Below are positions 53,953-64,000 of a stretch of 64,000 nucleotides of DNA, in pieces. This DNA is from Gammaproteobacteria bacterium AqS3 (GTDB lineage Bacteria > Pseudomonadota > Gammaproteobacteria > MEIF01 > AqS3). The notes under the pieces were generated by a model, which worked only from the letters and a program-made list of their open reading frames with translations, was not told where the DNA came from and ran no database searches. Within the stretch, counting starts at the first letter, position 1. Every line of letters starts with the position of its first letter. Made by a program: the position numbers and the translations under genes. The stretch is from contig MEIF01000001.1 in the NCBI GenBank assembly GCA_001750645.1, positions 9,179-73,178 on the forward strand, in the 5' to 3' direction.

Positions 53953-55233
53953 CTAGTCGCCCGGCCCCTCGGGCTCCAGCAGCTCCCGACCGTCCATCCA
54001 GGGGCGCAGTGCCTCCGGGATGCTGACGCTGCCGTCGGTGCGCTGGCCGTTCTCGATCAGCGCCACCAGCGTGCGCCCGACCGCAAGCCCCGAGCCGTTC
54101 AGGCTGTGCAGCAGCTCGGTTCCTGAATCGCCCCGGCGGCGCGCCCGAAGCCGGCGCGCCTGGAAGTCGGTGCAGTTGCTGCAGGATGAGATCTCGCGAT
54201 AGGCGCTCTGCCCGGGCATCCAGACCTCCAGATCGAAAGTGCGCGCCGCCGAGGTGCCCAGATCGCCGCAGCACAGCTCGACGACGCGGTAGGGCAGCTC
54301 CAGCGAGCGCAGCACCGCCTCGGCATGGCCGCGCAGCTCGTCCAGAGCCTGGGCGCTCTCATCGGCGCGAACCCACTGCACCAGCTCGACCTTTTCAAAC
54401 TGGTGCTGGCGAATCACGCCGCGCGTGTCGCGTCCGTAGCTGCCGGCCTCGCTGCGGTAGCAGGGGGTGTGCGAGACCATCTTCAGCGGCAGCTCCCCCT
54501 CGGCAAAGATGCGATCGGCCCCGATGTGCGCCAGCGCCACCTCCGCCGTCGGTATCAGGTACAGGTCGCGCTCGTGCAGGCGAAACAGGTCCTCGGCAAA
54601 TTTGGGGAGCTTGCCACTGCCGTAGAGCGCGGCGCTCGAGACGATGCTGGGGACGTAGACCTCGGTGTAGCCGTGCCTGCCGGTGTGCAGGGCGATCATG
54701 TGCTGGATCAGGGCCCTGTGCAGCTGCGCCAGCGCCCCCCACATCACGCTGAAGCGCGCACCGGACATGGCCGAGGCCGAGGCCAGGTCCAGCCCCAGCG
54801 GGGTGCCCAGGTCGATGTGATCCCTGGGCTCGAAATCAAATTCGGGAATCTCGCCCCAGCGCTCGACCTCGACGTTGGCCGACTCGTCCGCACCCTCGGG
54901 GGCTTCGTCGGCGGGCAGGTTGGGAATGTCGTCCAGGAGCGCCCGGCGCTCCCCGGTGAGCGCCCCGAGCCGCTCGGCGGCGCTCGTGTTGACCCGGTCC
55001 AGCCGCTCGACCTCGGCGAGGAGTTCGGCGGCGTCGCCGCCCTGGCGCTTCTGCTCGCCGATTTTCCTGGAGAGGCTGTTGCGCTCGGCGGCGCGCTCCT
55101 GCTTGTCGGTCTCCAGGGCGCGCAGCTCCCGGTCGCAGGCCAGCAGGCACTCGATGTCCAGGATGTAGCCGCGCCGTTTCAGGTGCGCCGCCACGCCCTC
55201 GGGGTCCTCGCGCAGCAGCCTGAGATCGATCAT
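53953..55233 (-). CDS. serS: seryl-tRNA synthetase
   Basis: MIDLRLLREDPEGV..., N-terminal coiled-coil arm, class II motifs. Start at ATG 55231-55233. The track ORF extends spuriously upstream. Confidence 0.9.
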   Translation of the reverse strand: MIDLRLLREDPEGVAAHLKRRGYILDIECLLACDRELRALETDKQERAAERNSLSRKIGEQKRQGGDAAELLAEVERLDRVNTSAAERLGALTGERRALLDDIPNLPADEAPEGADESANVEVERWGEIPEFDFEPRDHIDLGTPLGLDLASASAMSGARFSVMWGALAQLHRALIQHMIALHTGRHGYTEVYVPSIVSSAALYGSGKLPKFAEDLFRLHERDLYLIPTAEVALAHIGADRIFAEGELPLKMVSHTPCYRSEAGSYGRDTRGVIRQHQFEKVELVQWVRADESAQALDELRGHAEAVLRSLELPYRVVELCCGDLGTSAARTFDLEVWMPGQSAYREISSCSNCTDFQARRLRARRRGDSGTELLHSLNGSGLAVGRTLVALIENGQRTDGSVSIPEALRPWMDGRELLEPEGPGD

Positions 55234-55589
55234 GCGCGCATCCAGACATAGCCCAGCCCGGCCAGGGCGGTGCAGAGCATGAGCGTGGCGACAATGTAGA
55301 GCCCCGCCTGCAGCCAGGCGCCGGCCTGCAGCCAGCGAAACGCATCCCAGGCAAAGGCCGACATCGTCGTGAAGGAGCCGAGCACTCCGACAGCCACGCC
55401 GTCGCGCAGGACGGCGTCCAGGGACATCCGGTCGGCCAGACCCCAGAGCGCGCCGATGGCCAGGGAGCCGGCGGCATTGATCAGCAGAATGACCCACTGC
55501 GGTGCGCCCAGCGGCGCCGTCAGCACAACCAGGCCGTAGCGCAGCAGCGACCCGATGGCCCCGCCGCCGGCCACTGCCAGCCAGATCAT
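55230..55589 (-). CDS. crcB: fluoride ion channel CrcB/FluC
   Basis: 119 aa, four TM helices, GSLLRY and GSFTTMSAF motifs. Confidence 0.85.
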   Translation of the reverse strand: MIWLAVAGGGAIGSLLRYGLVVLTAPLGAPQWVILLINAAGSLAIGALWGLADRMSLDAVLRDGVAVGVLGSFTTMSAFAWDAFRWLQAGAWLQAGLYIVATLMLCTALAGLGYVWMRA

Positions 55590-56209
55590 CGGGGCTGATC
55601 CAGGCGCAGAATCTGCGTGCCGGGGGGCGGGCTCTGGCGGAACAGCTTGTTGGAGTAGGAATCGACGGTGATGGAGGCGATCTCAAGGCGCGTCTGGTTG
55701 CCCATCAGATCGATCCACTCGAGGGCGCTCGGGATGTCGTTCTCAAAAAACAGCTTCAGGAAGGGTTCGGCCTCCCCCATTTTGGCGAAGCCATAGCCCT
55801 GCACCTCGCCCGGCAGGCGCGAAATGGCGATGTCCCGCGCCTCTCTGGCGCGCTTGCCGAACACCATCAGCGGCAGCTGCTCGAGGTCGTTGTCAGGGGA
55901 GTCGTAGACCGCCTGGGCGATGTCGGGCTCGTAGATGACGCGCCGCTTGGCGTCGCCGGTGATGATGGTGCCGTCGTCCAGCTCCAGGCGATATTTCTCC
56001 GGCCCCTTGAACCACAGCTTGGAGACCACCAGATCGCCGGAGGGCAGCCGGCGGTGCAATTCCGCATTGAAGGACTTGTAGGGCTTCAGGATCTCGCGCA
56101 GCGCCTCATCGGCCGGCTCCTCCTCGACTTCCTCGACCGGCTGTGCCCCGACATGCGGTGCGCACAGCAGCACGGCGGCAAGGCATAAAGGCAGTAATTT
56201 CGAACTCAT
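55586..56209 (-). CDS. lolA: outer-membrane lipoprotein carrier LolA-like
   Basis: Signal peptide MSSKLLPLCLAAVLLCAPHVGA. Positioned immediately after ftsK as in many gammaproteobacteria. Sequence similarity to LolA is modest. Confidence 0.65.
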   Translation of the reverse strand: MSSKLLPLCLAAVLLCAPHVGAQPVEEVEEEPADEALREILKPYKSFNAELHRRLPSGDLVVSKLWFKGPEKYRLELDDGTIITGDAKRRVIYEPDIAQAVYDSPDNDLEQLPLMVFGKRAREARDIAISRLPGEVQGYGFAKMGEAEPFLKLFFENDIPSALEWIDLMGNQTRLEIASITVDSYSNKLFRQSPPPGTQILRLDQPR

Positions 56210-58575
56210 GATTCACCCCCTGTCTCTTGATCACTTCCAGCGCCACCGCCCAGCGGCGGGGCGATGACCTGACGCACACCCATGTCTCCCTGGGCCGACA
56301 CGATGCCGTGCCGTTCCATGCTTTCGACCAGGCGCGCGGCGCGGTTATAGCCAATCTTAAACTGTCGCTGCACCGAGGAGATCGAGGCCTTGCGCGTGCG
56401 CCTGACATATTCGACCGCATCCGGGTAGAGCCGGTCCTCGTCCGCCGCCTCATCGCCCTCCTCGAGCGTCAGTCCGGGAATGTGGCCCTGCGTCGGGTCG
56501 CCCTCGACAATGTCGCCGATGTACTCGGGCTTGCCCTGGCTACGCCAGAACCGGGCGACCTTGTTGACCTCGTCATTGCTGACAAAGGCGCCGTGCACCC
56601 GCAGCGATGTCGAGGTCCCCGGCGGAATGAACAGCCCGTCGCCATAGCCCAGCAGCTGCTCGGCGCCGTTGCGGTCCAGGATGACGCGCGAGTCGACGCT
56701 GGATGAAACCTGGTAGGCCAGGCGGGCGGGGATGTTGCTCTTGATCAGTCCGGTGATGACGTCGGCCGAGGGGCGCTGGGTCGCCAGGATCAGGTGAATG
56801 CCGGCGGCGCGCGATTTCTGCGCCAGCCGGGCGATCAGCTCCTCGGCCTTTTTGCTGCTGCTCTGCAGCGCCATCATCATGTCGGCGAACTCATCGATGA
56901 TCACCACGATGATGGGCAGCGGCGGGGTCTCAGGGTTGTTGGCCCGGAGCATCTTGGCGTTGTAGCCCTCAAGGTTGCGCTCCTGCAGTGCCGCCAGCAG
57001 GGCATAGCGCCGCTCCATCTCCTCGACGCACCAGCGCAGGGCATTGATGGCCTTGCCGACATCGGTGATCACGGGGGTCAGCAGGTGCGGGATGTCCTTG
57101 TAGAGCGACAGCTCGAGCATCTTGGGGTCGATCATGATCAGCTTGACATCCTCGGGAGAGGATTTGTAGAGCAGGCTCATCAGCATGGCGTTGAGCCCGA
57201 CGGATTTGCCCGACCCCGTGGTGCCCGCCACCAGAAGGTGCGGCATGCGCATCAGGTCGATCACCACCGCCGCCCCGGAGATGTCCTGGCCCAGCACCAG
57301 CGACAGCGGCGAGTTCTGCTTGGCAAAGGTGTCGGAGTCGAGCAGGTCCTTGAGGTAGACCGCCTGCCGCTCCTTGTTGGGGATCTCAACGCCGACGCAG
57401 GACTTGCCCGGGATGATCTCCTGAACCCGCACGCTGGGCACCATGAGCGAGCGCGCCAGATCCGTCGACAGGGTGGCGATGCGGCTCGCCTTGGTTCCGG
57501 GGGGCAGCTCCAGCTCGAAGCGGCTGACGACCGGCCCCTTAACGCAGTTGATCACTTCGCAGTCCCTGACGCCGAAGTTGGCCAGGTGCTCCTCGAGCAT
57601 GGCCGCCATCTGGTTGCGCTCGGTGATCTGCGCCGCCTCGTTCTCGCTGGTGTCGGGGCGCTCGTTGAGCAGCCCGAGCGAGGGGCGCTCCCGGCTGCGG
57701 CGGGGGACGACATCGGCGACGGGCTTCAGACCGGTCGAGCCCTCGGGCTCGGAGGCTGGGTCGGGTTCGGCCTCGATGACTTCGCCCCCGGCGACCTCCT
57801 CCTGACCCTGCGGGGTGCGCGCAACCGGGGCGGGCCCGGACAGCTGCGGGGCGGTCAAGGTCTGTTGCTCGGGCGCCTCGACCGGAGCCGGGCGCCGCAG
57901 GCGCTCCCGGAGCGCCGAGATCAGCAGCCACAGCCCCCTGACCATGTCGATTCCGGCGCCCACCGTCCAGAGGCATCCGGCGCCGATCCGGTCCAGGATG
58001 ACCAGCCAGCTGACCCCGAACGCTCCAGGCACAACGCCCAGTCCCAGTGCGCAGCACAGCAGGGTGAAGCCGATGCCGCCGATCCAGGGTTGGGCGGCAC
58101 CGCTGATTGACTTGCCCAGCCAGCCGCCGCCGTCGCCGGGAAGTTTCCACCAGTTGGCCTTCCAGTAGACCGCGGCCAGTGCGCAGGTCACCAGCATGAG
58201 CACCACCAGCGAGCCGAAGCGCAGGGAAACCACCGCCGGCCTGAAGCCGCCGACGCCCCGCTCCCGGTAGGCGTTCAGCCCGGTCAGCACCAGCCAGAGC
58301 GGCAGGATGAACACCGGATAGCCGAAGATCGTCAGCAGAAAGTCGGCCAGCATGGCGCCCAGCGCACCGCCCCAGTTGCTCACCTGGTCCTGGTCATTGA
58401 CGATTTTGAATACGCCGGAATCTTGGGAGTCGTAGCTGCCCAGCGAAATCATGGCGTAGAGGCACAGGCCCAGGGTCAGAAACAGCAGCGCAACCCAGAG
58501 CGGATGCCGGATGAAATCCTGCTGCTCCAGCTCGGGCTCGGGCCGAGACTGCGGCGGGCTAGGATTTTTCAGCAT
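56206..58575 (-). CDS. ftsK: DNA translocase FtsK
   Basis: N-terminal TM helices, Pro/Gln-rich linker, motor domain with Walker A GTTGSGKSV. C-terminal gamma domain. Confidence 0.9.
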   Translation of the reverse strand: MLKNPSPPQSRPEPELEQQDFIRHPLWVALLFLTLGLCLYAMISLGSYDSQDSGVFKIVNDQDQVSNWGGALGAMLADFLLTIFGYPVFILPLWLVLTGLNAYRERGVGGFRPAVVSLRFGSLVVLMLVTCALAAVYWKANWWKLPGDGGGWLGKSISGAAQPWIGGIGFTLLCCALGLGVVPGAFGVSWLVILDRIGAGCLWTVGAGIDMVRGLWLLISALRERLRRPAPVEAPEQQTLTAPQLSGPAPVARTPQGQEEVAGGEVIEAEPDPASEPEGSTGLKPVADVVPRRSRERPSLGLLNERPDTSENEAAQITERNQMAAMLEEHLANFGVRDCEVINCVKGPVVSRFELELPPGTKASRIATLSTDLARSLMVPSVRVQEIIPGKSCVGVEIPNKERQAVYLKDLLDSDTFAKQNSPLSLVLGQDISGAAVVIDLMRMPHLLVAGTTGSGKSVGLNAMLMSLLYKSSPEDVKLIMIDPKMLELSLYKDIPHLLTPVITDVGKAINALRWCVEEMERRYALLAALQERNLEGYNAKMLRANNPETPPLPIIVVIIDEFADMMMALQSSSKKAEELIARLAQKSRAAGIHLILATQRPSADVITGLIKSNIPARLAYQVSSSVDSRVILDRNGAEQLLGYGDGLFIPPGTSTSLRVHGAFVSNDEVNKVARFWRSQGKPEYIGDIVEGDPTQGHIPGLTLEEGDEAADEDRLYPDAVEYVRRTRKASISSVQRQFKIGYNRAARLVESMERHGIVSAQGDMGVRQVIAPPLGGGAGSDQETGGES

Positions 58576-60610
58576 GAAACTGCCTGATGCGGGCGCGCAG
58601 ATCGTGCTCGACCCACTCCAGCACTTCCTTCCAGCTGTGCGACACGCTCTGGCGCATGATCCGAAGGCTCGGATACCACTGGTTGGTCTCCAGGCCGCTG
58701 AGCCAGCGCCAGTCGGCCGAGTAGGGCATCATCACCCAGACCGGCACGCCCATGGCCCCGCACAGGTGCACCAGGCCCGTGTCCACCGAGACCACCAGGT
58801 CAATCTGCTTGAGCAGCGATGCGGTGTTGGCAAAGTTGCCCATCAGCGGCTTGAGATCAATCAGACGGCCGTCGTCAAAGAACGCCTGCCCCTCGGCGTG
58901 CGGCTCGCTCAGCTGCATGTTGTAGAAGCGCGCCCCCTCGATTTTGAACAGCGGCTCCAGATTGGTGAACGGCATGTTGCGCTTGAGCAGCTTGATGTTG
59001 GCCAGGTTGGAGCTCCAGGTGACTGCGATCTTCATCAGGTCGCTGTCTTTTTCGGGCAGCTCGACCTCGTAATCGGGGCGCGTGTGGATGTAGGGGATGT
59101 CGATGGGCACATTCCTGAGGCGCGTCCTCATCAGCTGCGGCAGCGTCAGCAGCGCCTGGTGATAGTCAATGCGGGGAATGCTCTTGCCGTGCTCCGCCGG
59201 CGGGGCGGCCAAATCCTTGGCCAGCACCAGGTTGAGACTCTTCACGGTCTCAAAGGTCTCGACCAGCTCGGGCTGGCAGTGCATGACGATCTTCACCGAT
59301 GGGTAGCGCTCCTGAACCATGTCGGCGTAGCGCACAAACTGAAGGCAGTCGCCAAAACCCTGCTCGGTGTACAGCAGCAGCACCTTGCCGGACAGGTCGG
59401 CCCTGCCGTCCCACTCCTCGCTGGGGTAGATCGGCTTGAACCCCTTGAGGGTGGAGGCCTCCCAGCGCATCGCATACCCCTCCCAGCCGTCGTCCAGGTT
59501 TCCGGCCAGGAGGTCCAGGAGGCCGATGTTGAACAGCGCCTCCTGATAGGTGGGGCTGACCTCCATCGAGCGGTAGTAGTGCTTGCGCGCGTTGTACAGG
59601 TCGTCGGCCTCGACCAGCAGCAGACCCAGATTGTTGAGCCCGTCGGGATAGTTGGGATTCATGCGCACCGCGCGCCGGCTGTAGTTGAGCGCCTCGCTCA
59701 CCTGCCCCATGCCGGACAGCGCCACCGCCATGCCGGCCCACAGCTCGGGGCGATCCGGATCCTCCAGCTGGGCGCGGTCAAACCAGTGTTTCGCCTGCTT
59801 GTGATGGCTCAGATCACTCAGCCCCAGGCCGATGCCCATCAGTGCGGCCATGTTGTAGGCGTCCACCTGCAGGACCTTCTCATACAGCGTCATGGCCTCG
59901 CCGCGATTCTGCTCCTCGCGCAGCAGATTGGCGTAGTGGAGCATCACATCGACGTCGTCGGGATGCTTTTCATACAGCTTGGCGATATGCTCGATGGCCT
60001 CCTTGCGCTCGCCCTTGCGCGCCCTGAGCAGGTGCATGAACAGGTTGGCCGGAAGGTGCTCGGAATCCAGCTGCAGCAGCCTGGAGAAGTGCTCCTCGCT
60101 CAGCTCGTTTTGGCCGATGTCCATCATGAGTTTGCCGTATCCCAGCCTCAGGCCGATGTGATCCGGATCCAATTCCAGACCGACTGTGAAGGCGGCGGTT
60201 GCCGTATGGATGTCGCCGAGGCTGAACTGAATCTGGCCGTAGAGCAGCCAGGTTTCAGCCCAGTTCGGCGCCATGTGCGCCAGCTCCCGCACTTCCCTTT
60301 CGGCGCGCCGCCAATCCTGGCAGTCGCGCAGCACCTGAACGTGGGTGTGCTTGAATTTCGGGTTGAGCGAGTCGCCTGCGACGGCCTGATTCGAATGCGT
60401 TCTGGCCATCTGCGGCAGCTCGGAGGAGAGGTAGATGCGCGCCAAAAGGTCGTGGACAAATGCATAGTGGGGGCGACCGTGAAGAATCTGTTCGGATATC
60501 AGAACAGCCTGCTGAACATTGCCCTGGCGATAGAAATCTTCGGCCAGCGACAGCGCCTCGTACTCGGAGATGCCCTGTTCCTGATTCGGCGCCTCAGCAG
60601 TCTGCAGCAT
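58559..60610 (-). CDS. TPR-repeat protein fused to a GT9 (heptosyltransferase-like) glycosyltransferase domain
   Basis: Multiple TPR units in the first ~400 aa. C-terminal GT9 motif DLVVSVDTGLVHLCGAMGVPVWVMM. Confidence 0.7.
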   Translation of the reverse strand: MLQTAEAPNQEQGISEYEALSLAEDFYRQGNVQQAVLISEQILHGRPHYAFVHDLLARIYLSSELPQMARTHSNQAVAGDSLNPKFKHTHVQVLRDCQDWRRAEREVRELAHMAPNWAETWLLYGQIQFSLGDIHTATAAFTVGLELDPDHIGLRLGYGKLMMDIGQNELSEEHFSRLLQLDSEHLPANLFMHLLRARKGERKEAIEHIAKLYEKHPDDVDVMLHYANLLREEQNRGEAMTLYEKVLQVDAYNMAALMGIGLGLSDLSHHKQAKHWFDRAQLEDPDRPELWAGMAVALSGMGQVSEALNYSRRAVRMNPNYPDGLNNLGLLLVEADDLYNARKHYYRSMEVSPTYQEALFNIGLLDLLAGNLDDGWEGYAMRWEASTLKGFKPIYPSEEWDGRADLSGKVLLLYTEQGFGDCLQFVRYADMVQERYPSVKIVMHCQPELVETFETVKSLNLVLAKDLAAPPAEHGKSIPRIDYHQALLTLPQLMRTRLRNVPIDIPYIHTRPDYEVELPEKDSDLMKIAVTWSSNLANIKLLKRNMPFTNLEPLFKIEGARFYNMQLSEPHAEGQAFFDDGRLIDLKPLMGNFANTASLLKQIDLVVSVDTGLVHLCGAMGVPVWVMMPYSADWRWLSGLETNQWYPSLRIMRQSVSHSWKEVLEWVEHDLRARIRQFHAEKS

Positions 60611-60724
60611 TGCTTTTCAGGGCACTTATCGGCGGTCCCGGCATTGTAGCAAAGCGCCCCGGCCAAAAGCCCGGAAAACAGCGGTTTTTAGCGGTTTTTC
60701 AGGGCTTTTGGGCACCCGAAAACA

Positions 60725-64000
<3,276 letters not shown>

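Overview
The window has two parts. Positions ~36,300–64,000 are a GC-rich conserved core block of a gammaproteobacterium-like chromosome; positions 1–~36,300 are an AT-richer accessory defense island. GC content was judged by eye, not computed.

The core block is almost entirely on the minus strand: guaA, guaB, sbcB, phhB, fumC, panC, panB, pnp, rpsO, truB, rbfA, infB, nusA, rimP, a BI-1 family gene (plus strand), serS, crcB, lolA, ftsK, a TPR + GT9 glycosyltransferase, and the 3' part of rpoC.

The island, again mostly on the minus strand, carries:
- an IetAS-like AAA+ ATPase + subtilase (S8) pair;
- a GC-rich patch of gene remnants (PIN/VapC-like, mhpF, mhpE);
- a Lamassu/DdmABC-like operon (SIR2 effector, small protein, SMC-type ATPase);
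- a tandem array of three DSR2-like SIR2 paralogs, one fused (1242 aa) and two split at different points of the same linker by different lesions, with small N-terminal-TM proteins between the units;
- a Type III restriction-modification locus with one res and three tandem mod paralogs, each interrupted at a homopolymeric G tract (phase-variable, all OFF as sequenced);
- small GNAT, HNH and alpha/beta-hydrolase genes next to guaA.

No rRNA, tRNA or CRISPR array was found.

The supplied ORF track cannot be reproduced from the supplied nucleotides at two loci or more. The differences are paired single-A insertion/deletion events, so I treat fine-scale frameshifts there with caution.
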